Shown in pieces: positions 15,030 through 24,863 of a DNA stretch of 64,000 bases. Under the pieces are notes generated by a model, which was given only the letters and a program-made list of their open reading frames with translations, searched no databases and was not told the DNA's origin. The stretch comes from Escherichia coli (GTDB lineage: Bacteria; Pseudomonadota; Gammaproteobacteria; Enterobacterales; Enterobacteriaceae), in NCBI RefSeq assembly GCF_011045215.1, contig NZ_CP049201.1; one strand, 5' to 3'. Position 1 is the first letter of the stretch. Each line of letters starts with the position of its first letter. The position numbers were made by a program, and so were the translations under genes.

Positions 15030-15057
15030 GGCCCTGGTGGTTTACCTCACCAGGGCC
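15030..15057. repeat. Perfect 10-bp inverted repeat in paaK-paaX intergenic region
   Basis: GGCCCTGGTG-gtttacct-CACCAGGGCC; no T-run; possible attenuator/REP-like structure. Confidence 0.5.
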
Positions 15058-15067
15058 ATACGACACG

Positions 15068-16381
15068 TCAGGCACCAACAATATTGCGCAGATCAAACAC
15101 CCGACACGCCTTGCCTTCTGAACGCGGGATACTGCCACAGTTAACGATCATCACATCGGTAGAAATCCCCACCATCGACTTAATCCGATGGCGCAGCTGG
15201 TGGCATACCTGGCAACGCTGCTCATGCGTCAATGTCAGGCTGCTTTCTTTCAGCTCTACTTTCACAGAAAGTGAATCAAGATGCCCTCGGCGGTTCACCT
15301 CCAGTTGGTAATGCGGCGATAAATGTTCGAATTTGACAATCTCTTCTTCCAGTTGTGACGGGAAGACATTCACACCGCGAATGATCAACATGTCATCGCT
15401 GCGTCCGCTGATGCGATCCATGCGGCGCATGGTTCGTGCCGTTCCTGGCAACAGTCGGGTTAAATCACGCGTGCGGTAACGAATGACCGGCAATGCTTCT
15501 TTGGTCAGCGTGGTGAATAACAGTTCGCCATGTTCGCCATCGGCAAGCGGTGTGCCGTCATGAGGATTAACAATTTCAGGATAGAAATGATCTTCCCAAA
15601 TAGTTGGGCCGTCGGTCGTTTCCAGACACTCCATCGCCACCCCCGGCCCCATCACTTCTGACAGGCCATAAATATCCAGTGCGGTGATCCCCAGACGCCG
15701 TTCAATCTCTTTACGCATGGCCTGTGTCCACGGCTCAGCACCAAACACTCCAACCCGCAGCGAGCAACCGCTGGCATCACCGCCCAACTGCCGCTCCAGC
15801 TCTTCAATCAGGTTAAGGCAATAAGATGGCGTAACCATGATCATATCTGGTTGAAAATCGCGGATCAGTTGCGCTTGTTTTTCTGTCTGCCCGCCAGACA
15901 TCGGGATCACCGTAGCGCCCAGACGTTCGGCACCATAGTGCGCGCCCAGCCCACCAGTAAACAGGCCGTAACCATAGGCAACATGAATTTTGTCTTTGGG
16001 CGTGCCACCTGCCGCACGCAAAGAACGCGCTACAATATTGGCCCAGTTATCAATATCGTTTTGCGTATAGCCGACAACTGTCGGTTTACCTGTGGTTCCC
16101 GAAGAAGCATGAATGCGCACCACTTGTTCCATCGGCACGGCAAAGGTGTCGAAAGGATAGTTGTCGCGCAGATCCTGTTTGGTGGTACAGGGAAATTTAC
16201 GCAGGTCTGAAAGTTCCCTGAAATCATCAGGATGTACGCCTGCTGCGTCGAATTTGCGCCGATACATCGGCACATTTTCATACGCGTGTTTGAGCGTCCA
16301 TTTCAGACGCTGTGTTTGCAACGCCTGTAACTCATCAACAGACGCGGTTTCAATCGGGTCAAGCTTTGTATTGGTTATCAT
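15068..16381 (-). CDS. paaK: Phenylacetate-CoA ligase PaaK
   Basis: Adenylate-forming enzyme; start placed at MITNTKLDPIE (437 aa) instead of the overlapping ORF-track start. Confidence 0.92.
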   Translation of the reverse strand: MITNTKLDPIETASVDELQALQTQRLKWTLKHAYENVPMYRRKFDAAGVHPDDFRELSDLRKFPCTTKQDLRDNYPFDTFAVPMEQVVRIHASSGTTGKPTVVGYTQNDIDNWANIVARSLRAAGGTPKDKIHVAYGYGLFTGGLGAHYGAERLGATVIPMSGGQTEKQAQLIRDFQPDMIMVTPSYCLNLIEELERQLGGDASGCSLRVGVFGAEPWTQAMRKEIERRLGITALDIYGLSEVMGPGVAMECLETTDGPTIWEDHFYPEIVNPHDGTPLADGEHGELLFTTLTKEALPVIRYRTRDLTRLLPGTARTMRRMDRISGRSDDMLIIRGVNVFPSQLEEEIVKFEHLSPHYQLEVNRRGHLDSLSVKVELKESSLTLTHEQRCQVCHQLRHRIKSMVGISTDVMIVNCGSIPRSEGKACRVFDLRNIVGA

Positions 16382-16407
16382 TGTAGGGTACTCGCAGGTT
16401 GATATGC

Positions 16408-17613
16408 TCAAACACGCTCCAGAATCATGGCGATGCCCTGACCGACACCGATGCACATGGTGCATAATGCGTAACGACCGTTACGCCGATGCAACTCATG
16501 GCTGGCAGCCAGTGCCAGGCGGGCACCACTCATTCCCAACGGATGGCCTAAGGCGATAGCGCCTCCGTTGGGGTTAACATGTGGGGCATCATCAGGCAGC
16601 CCCAATTCGCGTAGTACACCCAACGCCTGGGCCGCGAACGCTTCGTTCAGTTCAATCACGTCCATATCGTGAATACTCAGCCCCGCGCGTTCCAGCACCC
16701 GGCGAGTTGCAGGCACCGGACCAAGCCCCATCAGACGCGGTTCCACCCCGGCGGTTGCCATGGCTACGATACGCGCTCGCGGCGTCAGTCCATGCGCTGC
16801 TGCCATCTGTTCACTGGCAATAATCAACGCAGCGGCTCCGTCATTCACCCCGGAGGCATTGCCTGCGGTAATCACCCCATTGGCACGAAACGGTGCTTTC
16901 AGCCCACGTAACTGTTCCAGCGTCGTTTCCGGGCGCAGATGCTCATCATGTTGTATTTCTATTACAACACCTTTCTTGTTTTTCAACACAACCGGAACAA
17001 TCTCCTCAGCCAGAATGCCTGAGGATTGCGCTTTTGCCGTACGTTGCTGACTGCGTAGCGCAAAACTATCTTGATCTTCTCGCGAGATTTTTAACAGTTC
17101 AGCTACATTCTCTGCCGTTTCCGGCATGCTGTCAGTTCCAAATTGTTGAGCCATGAGCGGGTTCACAAATCGCCAGCCAATAGTGGTATCAAACATCTCA
17201 GCCTGACGAGAAAATGCACTGGTTGCCTTGCCCATAACAAACGGTGCCCGTGACATTGACTCCACGCCACCGGCGATCAGCAAATCGCCATCGCCCGCTT
17301 TAATCGCCCGTGCGGCGAACCCCAGTGCGTCCAGCCCGGAACCACACAAGCGGTTAATGGTTGTGCCGGAAACACTCTGCGGCAGCCCCGCCAGTAAAGT
17401 CGCCATCCGGGCTACGTTACGGTTATCTTCTCCCGCCTGATTAGCACAGCCGAGGATCACATCATCGATACATTCCGCATCGAGACGCGGGTTTCGCACC
17501 AGCAGTTCCCGCAAAGGGATAGCAGCCAGATCATCAGCCCGAACACCTGATAATGCCCCGCCGTAGCGACCAATTGGCGTACGAATTCCGTCACAAATAA
17601 AGGCTTCACGCAT
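16408..17613 (-). CDS. paaJ: 3-oxoadipyl-CoA / 3-oxo-5,6-dehydrosuberyl-CoA thiolase PaaJ
   Basis: 401 aa; thiolase signatures (catalytic Cys region CGSGLDA, NEAFAAQ, C-terminal [11 protein letters not shown]). Confidence 0.93.
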   Translation of the reverse strand: MREAFICDGIRTPIGRYGGALSGVRADDLAAIPLRELLVRNPRLDAECIDDVILGCANQAGEDNRNVARMATLLAGLPQSVSGTTINRLCGSGLDALGFAARAIKAGDGDLLIAGGVESMSRAPFVMGKATSAFSRQAEMFDTTIGWRFVNPLMAQQFGTDSMPETAENVAELLKISREDQDSFALRSQQRTAKAQSSGILAEEIVPVVLKNKKGVVIEIQHDEHLRPETTLEQLRGLKAPFRANGVITAGNASGVNDGAAALIIASEQMAAAHGLTPRARIVAMATAGVEPRLMGLGPVPATRRVLERAGLSIHDMDVIELNEAFAAQALGVLRELGLPDDAPHVNPNGGAIALGHPLGMSGARLALAASHELHRRNGRYALCTMCIGVGQGIAMILERV

Positions 17614-18035
17614 CAGGCTTCTCCTGTAATGGTGCCGCCGATGCGGTGAGATTTACCGCGAAACAGCGCAACCGTTTTTTGTTGTTGGTTAACAATTTCG
17701 ATGTCGTAAACACCGGTTTGCTTGCCCTGATGACGTACCTGCGCAGTAGCAGTTAAGGTGTCTCCGGCAAAGCCTGGACGCAAAAAATCAATCGTGCAGG
17801 CAGAAGCGACGGCTGCCAGCCCCTGGCTATTGCAGGCGTAGGCAAAGGCAGTATCAGCCAGTGAAAATAGCTGCCCGCCGTGGCAACTTTGATGACCATT
17901 AAGCATTTGTGCAGTGACGGTCATGGTCACTACAGCAAAGCCTTCATCCATTGAGGTAATGTCGATGCCAAGCGCTTTGGCGCAGGCATCGTTCTCATAC
18001 ATTGCATGGGCATTTTGCCAGGCCTTATGACTCAT
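17613..18035 (-). CDS. paaI: Hotdog-fold acyl-CoA thioesterase PaaI
   Basis: 140 aa from MSHKAWQNAH; ORF-track upstream extension overlaps paaH. Confidence 0.9.
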   Translation of the reverse strand: MSHKAWQNAHAMYENDACAKALGIDITSMDEGFAVVTMTVTAQMLNGHQSCHGGQLFSLADTAFAYACNSQGLAAVASACTIDFLRPGFAGDTLTATAQVRHQGKQTGVYDIEIVNQQQKTVALFRGKSHRIGGTITGEA

Positions 18036-19452
18036 AACCGCTCTCCAGAAGCGCCCGTTGGCGCAGCAATGAACATGGGCGATAGCGTTCTTCGCCATAG
18101 TGATGCTGTAGATTTTCCAGGAGCCTTAATATTCGCTGCCAGCCAAGTTGCGCTCCCCAGGCAAGTGGGCCATATGGATAATTCACCCCAAGACGCATGG
18201 CGGTATCGATATCCTGTTCAGAGGCCACGCCTTTTTGCAGCGCATCGAGGGCTTCATTGATGATCATTGCTACCGTTCGCCAAATCAGCATTCCTGGGTA
18301 ATCTGCAATTTGCAGCACTGTTTTGCCCTGCTGTTGCAGGTAATAAATGGCCTTGCGGGTCGCTGAGTCCGGGTTCACCGCTGCCGCAGCAATGGTCACC
18401 ACCTTGCCCGCCATTTTGTCGACCACTACCACCGGGCGTGCCAGTCGTATTGCCAGCGCCTGTGCCGTCTCGCCTTGTGTCTCAATCAATAAAACATCGT
18501 CAATTTCCGTGACACCGTCACTTTTCTTTTCTACTTTCATTGGGCTAAAACTGTCGCTTACCGCTTCCAGGCCAACAACTGCCTCACGTTCCGCGCGCCA
18601 GTCGTACACGCCCAGCCCACTTTTCTTGCCCAACCGTCCACCAATCACCAGTTCCTGTTGCACCAGCGAAGGTAAAAAACGACGCTCCTGCCAGAAAGCG
18701 TTAAACACCGAACAGGTGACAGCAAAATTGACGTCCTGACCAATCAGATCGGTTAATTCCAGCGGCCCCATCGGGAAACCAGCGCCATCGCGAAGCGCAG
18801 CGTCAATCACTTCTGGTGCAGCAACCTGCTCTTCCAGTGCCCGCCAGGCCTCGGAATAATAAGGACGCGCAACACGGTTAACGATAAATCCGGGGGTCGA
18901 ATGACAGCGCACTGGCTGCTTACCCCAACTCAATGTCAGTTCACACAACTGCTCGACAACTTCCGCTGCCGTTGCCAGCCCACTGACCACCTCCACCAAC
19001 TTCATCACCGGTGCCGGGTTAAAAAAATGCAGCCCCGCAACACGTTCAGGATTTTTTACCTCCGCAGCAATCGCGGTTATAGAGATTGACGAAGTGTTAG
19101 TGGTCAATAGCGTTTGTGGCGGGCAAACTTCCGCCAGCTGTGCAAAGAGCGCTTTTTTGACTTCCAGACGTTCAGACGCCGCTTCAATGACCAGGTCCGC
19201 AGCTGCCAGCGCGTGAATATCGGTCACTGGGATCAGGCGTTTCAATGTGCGTTCACAGGTTTCAGCAGTCAGTTTTCCCCGCGTCACGCGTGAATTTAGC
19301 CGCGCGTGTATCCCGTCGATTGCGCGGGTCAGCGCTTCAGCAGAAATGTCATACAGTAAAACCTGATGTCCATGACTGGCGGCAATTTCAGCAATGCCTG
19401 CCCCCATGGTGCCGCTCCCAATCACTGCCACAGTTTGCACATTTATCATCAT
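18025..19452 (-). CDS. paaH: 3-hydroxyadipyl-CoA dehydrogenase PaaH
   Basis: NAD-binding VAVIGSGTMGAGIA; start at MMINVQ (475 aa); ORF-track start overlaps paaG. Confidence 0.92.
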   Translation of the reverse strand: MMINVQTVAVIGSGTMGAGIAEIAASHGHQVLLYDISAEALTRAIDGIHARLNSRVTRGKLTAETCERTLKRLIPVTDIHALAAADLVIEAASERLEVKKALFAQLAEVCPPQTLLTTNTSSISITAIAAEVKNPERVAGLHFFNPAPVMKLVEVVSGLATAAEVVEQLCELTLSWGKQPVRCHSTPGFIVNRVARPYYSEAWRALEEQVAAPEVIDAALRDGAGFPMGPLELTDLIGQDVNFAVTCSVFNAFWQERRFLPSLVQQELVIGGRLGKKSGLGVYDWRAEREAVVGLEAVSDSFSPMKVEKKSDGVTEIDDVLLIETQGETAQALAIRLARPVVVVDKMAGKVVTIAAAAVNPDSATRKAIYYLQQQGKTVLQIADYPGMLIWRTVAMIINEALDALQKGVASEQDIDTAMRLGVNYPYGPLAWGAQLGWQRILRLLENLQHHYGEERYRPCSLLRQRALLESGYES

Positions 19453-19453
19453 G

Positions 19454-20242
19454 CTATTTCCCCGTGAACTGCGGTGAGCGTTTGGCCAGGAACGCACTGA
19501 CACCTTCACGATAATCTGCGCTCCGTCCGGCAAGTCGCTGATAGTCGCGTTCCAGATCCAGTTGCGTATCGAGCGTATTGGTTTCAGCGCTATTTATCGC
19601 TTGCTTGATAAGTCCAAGACCAAATGTCGGTTGTGTCGCCAGATGCCGCGCCAGCTGTTGCGCGGTATCTGCCAGCGTTTCATCATCAACAACCTGCCAG
19701 ATCATCCCCCATTCGTGCGCCTGTTCAGCACTCAGTTGATTCCCCAGCAGTGCCAGCCCCATGGCGCGCGCTCGCCCAGCAACGCGTGGCAGTAACCAGG
19801 TTCCACCGCAATCGGGTACTAAGCCTAACTTACTAAACGCCATGACGAATTTTGCTGAACGGGCAGCAATAACGATGTCGCATCCCAGTGCCAGTGTTGC
19901 GCCAGCCCCTGCCGCCACGCCATTGACTGCACAGATCACCGGTTTTGGCAGTTTTGCCAGGCGACGTACCAGCGGGTTATAGAAACGTTCTACTGACATA
20001 CCTAAATCCGGTGCGGGGCCAGTGGGATCAACGTTACGATCGTTAAGGTCCTGACCAGCACAAAATCCGCGCCCGGCACCTGTAATTAACAGGCAACGGA
20101 TAGTGTCGTCGCGCTCGGCCTGTTTCAGGCACTCTGCCAGTTGTGCGTGCATCTCATCATTAAAACTGTTCAGGCGTTCCGGGCGGTTGAGCGTTAGTGT
20201 CATCACGCCCTTTTCTACATGACTGAGGATGAATTCCATCAT
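19454..20242 (-). CDS. paaG: Crotonase-family 1,2-epoxyphenylacetyl-CoA isomerase PaaG
   Basis: 262 aa enoyl-CoA hydratase/isomerase fold; synteny. Confidence 0.92.
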   Translation of the reverse strand: MMEFILSHVEKGVMTLTLNRPERLNSFNDEMHAQLAECLKQAERDDTIRCLLITGAGRGFCAGQDLNDRNVDPTGPAPDLGMSVERFYNPLVRRLAKLPKPVICAVNGVAAGAGATLALGCDIVIAARSAKFVMAFSKLGLVPDCGGTWLLPRVAGRARAMGLALLGNQLSAEQAHEWGMIWQVVDDETLADTAQQLARHLATQPTFGLGLIKQAINSAETNTLDTQLDLERDYQRLAGRSADYREGVSAFLAKRSPQFTGK

Positions 20243-21009
20243 TAGCGTCCTTTAAAGTCGGGCGTGCGTTTTTGTAAGAAAGCGGAGATGCCTTCATGAC
20301 GATCTTCTGTTGCCGCCAGCAAGGTGAATAACTGTCGCTCCTGGGCAAGTCCGGCTTGCAAAGCCACTTCCTGCGACTGGCGCAGCGCTTGCTTTGCCGC
20401 TTGTAAGGCCAGCGGCGAGTGACGTGCCATTTTCGACGCCAGCTGTAAGGCGTATTCGAGGGTTAAATCGCTGGGGAAGACGTCGCTAACCAGCCCGGCC
20501 TGCTGTGCTTGCTGAGCGGTGATACTTTCTCCGCTCAGCACCATTTTGCTGGCTAACGATTTACCGACACTACGGATTAAACGTTGCGTTCCGCCTGCGC
20601 CAGGCATGATGCCGAGAGTGATTTCCGGCAACCCAAAACGCGCGTTCTCTCCGGCAACCACCACATCGCACAGCAATGCCAGTTCGCAACCCGCACCAAG
20701 CGCGTAACCGTTGACGGCTGCGATGAGTGGTTTGTTAAAGGCCTGCAATCGCGCCCATAGCTGCGGACGTGTATCGTTTAAGGTGGCCGCGAGATCTTTT
20801 TCCGCCATTTCGTTGAGATCGGCCCCGGCGGCAAAAAAGCGTGCATTACCGGTAATCACACAGACCGAAATACTGCTATCGGTAGCCGCAGCTTCCAGTT
20901 CATTTACCAGTTGCGTCAGCAGGGCATTATTTAGCGCATTACGTGCGGCGGGACGGTTAAGGGTCAGCAACAATACTCGTTGCTGACGGCTGACGATCAG
21001 TTCGCTCAT
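20242..21009 (-). CDS. paaF: Enoyl-CoA hydratase PaaF
   Basis: 255 aa crotonase fold; synteny. Confidence 0.92.
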   Translation of the reverse strand: MSELIVSRQQRVLLLTLNRPAARNALNNALLTQLVNELEAAATDSSISVCVITGNARFFAAGADLNEMAEKDLAATLNDTRPQLWARLQAFNKPLIAAVNGYALGAGCELALLCDVVVAGENARFGLPEITLGIMPGAGGTQRLIRSVGKSLASKMVLSGESITAQQAQQAGLVSDVFPSDLTLEYALQLASKMARHSPLALQAAKQALRQSQEVALQAGLAQERQLFTLLAATEDRHEGISAFLQKRTPDFKGR

Positions 21010-22076
21010 GCCATCCCCTTCGCGTCAAAGTCAACCACCACATCGCTGGTCAGCGGCAGTGCCTGGCAACTCAACACATAGCCTGCAGCCAGTTCATCCG
21101 GTTCCAGACTGTAATTGGTTTCCATCGCCACTTTGCCACGCAGCACTTTGCATTTGCAGGTCGCACAGACGCCGCCTTTGCAGGCATAGGGCAGATCAGC
21201 CCCCTGGCGCAATGCCGCATCGAGAATGCTTTCATCGTCGGCATTAAGCACGATTTCCCGATCCCGCCCATCCTGACGTACAGTCACTTTTTGTCCGTCA
21301 CTTTGCACGTTAACGCTACGTTTGACGCGCGTGCCAGGCGTATTAAACCGCTCCAGATGAATCGCTTTTTCTGGCATTCCCAGTGCTTTTAAGGCAGCTT
21401 CCGCGTCATCCATCATCGCCGCCGGACCACAAATAAACGCCTCATCATAAAGACGAAAATTAATGAGCGAGGCCCCAAGTGACTGTAATTTTTCACCATC
21501 AATACGCCCGTGAAGCAGATCGCTGTCGAGGGTTTCCTGACTGAAAATGCACAACAACTGTAAACGCTGAGGATATTTGTCTTTCAGGTCTGCCAGTGCC
21601 TGGCGAAACATCATGCTCTGGCTGGTACGGTTACCGTAGATCAGGGTGAACTGACTTTCAGGCTCGGTTTGTAAAGTGGTGGCGATAATCGCCAGCATTG
21701 GCGTAATACCTGATCCTGCTGCAATTGCCAGATAACGGCCCTGGCGTTCGGCCTGCGGCTGATAGCCGAAATGCCCCTGCGGCACCATGACTTCCAGCGT
21801 CATCCCCTGGCGGATGTGTTCGCGGGCATAGCGGGAGAAACGTCCGCCTTCAATAGCTTTCACCGCCACACTAATTTCGCCAGGCAGGTAGCTGCGGCAA
21901 ATGGAGTAACAACGGCGTAATTCTTCACCATCAAGGCTGGCTTTTAAGGTCAAATGTTGACCGGGGCGAAAGCGATACGCCTCCTGCAAAGGCTGGGGCA
22001 CCGCAAAGGTAATGGTCACCGCATCACGGGTTTCCGGCTCCACTTTTGCCACCGTTAAGGAATGAAACGTTGTCAT
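21006..22076 (-). CDS. paaE: Phenylacetyl-CoA epoxidase reductase subunit PaaE
   Basis: FNR-like domain plus C-terminal 2Fe-2S ferredoxin cysteines (CKGGVCATCKC); start at MTTFHSL (356 aa). Confidence 0.92.
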   Translation of the reverse strand: MTTFHSLTVAKVEPETRDAVTITFAVPQPLQEAYRFRPGQHLTLKASLDGEELRRCYSICRSYLPGEISVAVKAIEGGRFSRYAREHIRQGMTLEVMVPQGHFGYQPQAERQGRYLAIAAGSGITPMLAIIATTLQTEPESQFTLIYGNRTSQSMMFRQALADLKDKYPQRLQLLCIFSQETLDSDLLHGRIDGEKLQSLGASLINFRLYDEAFICGPAAMMDDAEAALKALGMPEKAIHLERFNTPGTRVKRSVNVQSDGQKVTVRQDGRDREIVLNADDESILDAALRQGADLPYACKGGVCATCKCKVLRGKVAMETNYSLEPDELAAGYVLSCQALPLTSDVVVDFDAKGMA

Positions 22077-22083
22077 GGCATCC

Positions 22084-22581
22084 TCAAATACATTTGAAAT
22101 AATCGAAAGGTTCGCGGCAACTATCGCAGCGATACAATGCTTTGCAGGCCGTGGAACCAAATTCACTGATAAGTGTGGTATGGACGCTGGCGCAACGCGG
22201 GCAACGTACTTCTGGCGGTAAATGGGCATGACAACTGTGTCCGGCGGGCGGGCTGATGCCATACTGTCGCAGACGCTCACGGGCATCGGGGGTCATCCAG
22301 TCGGTGGTCCATGCCGGGTCGAGTTGCAGCACAACCTGAACGGGGGTAAACCCGTTGGTTGTCATTGCCTCACGTATCGCGCCAATCAGATGTTCCGTTG
22401 CCGGACAACCGGAATATGTCGGCGTAAAGCCGATCACCCATCCTTCTCCCATCTGTGACACATTACTCACCATGCCTAAATCGGTAATGGTCAGCACCGG
22501 GATCTCCGGGTCCGGGATCTGGCTGAGTAGCGCCCATATCTCATGCACCTGCGGTGGTGCAATGGTGGCCAGACGTTGCAT
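22084..22581 (-). CDS. paaD: Phenylacetyl-CoA epoxidase subunit PaaD
   Basis: 165 aa from MQRLATIAPPQ; synteny. Confidence 0.9.
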   Translation of the reverse strand: MQRLATIAPPQVHEIWALLSQIPDPEIPVLTITDLGMVSNVSQMGEGWVIGFTPTYSGCPATEHLIGAIREAMTTNGFTPVQVVLQLDPAWTTDWMTPDARERLRQYGISPPAGHSCHAHLPPEVRCPRCASVHTTLISEFGSTACKALYRCDSCREPFDYFKCI

Positions 22582-22595
22582 ACCCATCTCCTCTG

Positions 22596-23342
22596 TTACC
22601 ACTGCTGACCGGGCAAGACACGCTGGAGATACTGCATTTCTGCCAGCATGGGTCCAAGGTGTTCGGTATGCAGTCCTTTTTTACCGCCAGTGCGATACGC
22701 CTGCTCTTGCGGCACGTTCAATGTGGCTTCGTTGATCCCGGCAAAAACTTCGGCCTCCCACGCTGCGCGTAAAGTGCGTGGATCAACCGCAATACCCTCT
22801 TCACTCAGTGCAATATCAATCTCGTCGGCATCGAACAGTTCGGCGGTAAAACGCCACAACTTGTTGATGGCCTGCTGCATCTTTTGCCCTGAAACGTCAG
22901 TACCATTGCCCAGTCGCTCCAGCCAGCCACGACTAAAACGCAGGTGATAACGCGCTTCTTTAATTGCTTTGGCAGAAATCGCTGCCAGTTGCGGATCACG
23001 GCTTTCCATCAGACGGGTAAAGAGCGCCACATGCCATGCATCGATGAAATACTGGCGTGCAATGGTGTCGGCAAAATTGCCGTTTGGCTGTTCAACCAAC
23101 AATAAGTTGCTGAACTGGCGCTCGTCTCGGGTGAAGGCCAGGGTATCTTCATCGCCTTCTCCCGCTAATTCAGCGGCATACGATAAGAAGTTGCGTGCCT
23201 GGCCTAATAAATCGAGGCCAATATTTGCCAGTGCGAGATCGATTTCCAGTTCCGGTGCATGACCGCACCACTCCCCCAACCGCTGGGAGAGCACCAGGCA
23301 GTTATCGCCCAGGCGCAAGGTGTAAGCCGTTAACTGATTCAT
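22596..23342 (-). CDS. paaC: Phenylacetyl-CoA epoxidase subunit PaaC
   Basis: 248 aa from MNQLTAYTLR; ferritin-like fold family; synteny. Confidence 0.9.
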   Translation of the reverse strand: MNQLTAYTLRLGDNCLVLSQRLGEWCGHAPELEIDLALANIGLDLLGQARNFLSYAAELAGEGDEDTLAFTRDERQFSNLLLVEQPNGNFADTIARQYFIDAWHVALFTRLMESRDPQLAAISAKAIKEARYHLRFSRGWLERLGNGTDVSGQKMQQAINKLWRFTAELFDADEIDIALSEEGIAVDPRTLRAAWEAEVFAGINEATLNVPQEQAYRTGGKKGLHTEHLGPMLAEMQYLQRVLPGQQW

Positions 23343-23350
23343 TTCCGACC

Positions 23351-23638
23351 TCACATGTGCTCAATGCCATCAGGGATGGAGTAAAACGTTGGATGGCGAT
23401 AGACCTTGCTTTCAGCCGGATCAAAAAATTCACCGCGTTCTTCCGGTTGCGAGGCAACAATTTCACTCGCCTTCACCACCCAAATTGAACATCCTTCACT
23501 ACGACGGGTGTAAGCATCACGGGCATTTTCCAGTGCCATCCGCTCATCGGCAGCATGTAAACTGCCAACATGGCGGTGTGATAAGCCCTGTTTGCCACGC
23601 ACGAAAACTTCGTATAACGGCCAGTAAACATTACTCAT
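23351..23638 (-). CDS. paaB: Phenylacetyl-CoA epoxidase subunit PaaB
   Basis: 95 aa; synteny. Confidence 0.92.
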   Translation of the reverse strand: MSNVYWPLYEVFVRGKQGLSHRHVGSLHAADERMALENARDAYTRRSEGCSIWVVKASEIVASQPEERGEFFDPAESKVYRHPTFYSIPDGIEHM

Positions 23639-23649
23639 TTTGAATCTCC

Positions 23650-24579
23650 TTATGCGACCTTACGGGCATGTTGTTTTTGTGCATGGGCCAGCGCAGCTTC
23701 CCGTACCCAGGTACCTTCTTCCCAGGCTTTACGTTTGGCCTCGAGCCTCTCCTGATTACAAATTCCGCGACCGTTAATTACTTCGTTAAACTCCTGCCAG
23801 TCGATCTCACCAAAGCGGTAGTGACCGCTTTCAGTATCAAAATGCAGATCCGGGTCAGGAACGGTCATACCGAGCATTTCAACCTGTGGAACGGTGTTAT
23901 CCACGAAACGCTGGCGGAGTTCGTCGTTGGTGAAACGTTTGATTTTCCAGGCGAGACTTCTGGCGCTGTTTGGCGAGTTATCATCGTTTGGCCCGAACAT
24001 CATTAAGGCTGGCCACCAGAAACGGTTAATGGCGTCTTGCAACATCTGCTTTTGAGCTTCGCTGCCCTGCGCCAGTGCCATGCAGGCTTCAAACCCCTGA
24101 CGCTGGTGAAAACTCTCTTCTTTGCAGATTTTCACCATTGCTCTGGCATACGGGCCATAAGAAGTGCGGCATAACGCCACCTGATTGACGATCGCTGCGC
24201 CATCCACCAGCCAGCCGATAACACCGATATCAGCCCAACTCAATGTCGGATAATTAAAGATGGAGGAATATTTCATCCGTCCGTCGAGCATTTTTTGGTA
24301 GATGTCTTCTCTGGCGCAGCCCAGTGTTTCGGCGGCGCTATAGAGATACAGGCCATGACCTGCTTCATCCTGCACTTTGGCTAACAGAATGGCTTTACGC
24401 CGCAAGGTTGGTGCGCGAGTGATCCAGTTACCTTCAGGCAACATACCAACAATCTCGGAGTGCGCATGCTGCCCAATCTGGCGGATCAATGTCTTTCGGT
24501 AAGCATCGGGCATCCAGTCCTGCGGCTCGATAGCCATTTCCTGGGCTATCCGTTGCTCAAAGCGTTCTTCTTGGGTCAC
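23650..24579 (-). CDS. paaA: Phenylacetyl-CoA epoxidase catalytic subunit PaaA
   Basis: 309 aa di-iron oxygenase family; matches recalled PaaA. Confidence 0.93.
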   Translation of the reverse strand: MTQEERFEQRIAQEMAIEPQDWMPDAYRKTLIRQIGQHAHSEIVGMLPEGNWITRAPTLRRKAILLAKVQDEAGHGLYLYSAAETLGCAREDIYQKMLDGRMKYSSIFNYPTLSWADIGVIGWLVDGAAIVNQVALCRTSYGPYARAMVKICKEESFHQRQGFEACMALAQGSEAQKQMLQDAINRFWWPALMMFGPNDDNSPNSARSLAWKIKRFTNDELRQRFVDNTVPQVEMLGMTVPDPDLHFDTESGHYRFGEIDWQEFNEVINGRGICNQERLEAKRKAWEEGTWVREAALAHAQKQHARKVA

Positions 24580-24620
24580 GTCATCACCTTTACGATTCCA
24601 GTTTTCGTGAATTAATTAAA

Positions 24621-24635
24621 AACACGAATCACGTT
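24621..24635 (-). promoter_or_regulatory. Candidate PaaX operator half-site in paaA promoter
   Basis: Minus-strand AACGTGATTCGTGTT contains TGATTCGYG core of the PaaX box as I recall it. Confidence 0.4.
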
Positions 24636-24805
24636 GTTTTATGAAAGTTACACAATGGTTAACTAAAATCACAAATTTTGTATGTTTGAACTGTGACGGA
24701 TTTCGCACCCTATTTTTATAACTCATTATTTATCAGTGTATTAATGCTTTTATTAGTTGATATACAGATCGCACAGTTAACATTTCGTTAAAATACGCCT
24801 TGCTT

Positions 24806-24820
24806 TTTATGATTCGTGAT
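24806..24820 (+). promoter_or_regulatory. Candidate PaaX operator in paaZ promoter
   Basis: TTTATGATTCGTGAT fits recalled PaaX consensus WWTRTGATTCGYGWT; about 45 nt upstream of paaZ ATG. Confidence 0.45.
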
Positions 24821-24863
24821 TTAACTATTAGTAACAGAAATGTGAAACATCTGGAGAGTAGCG

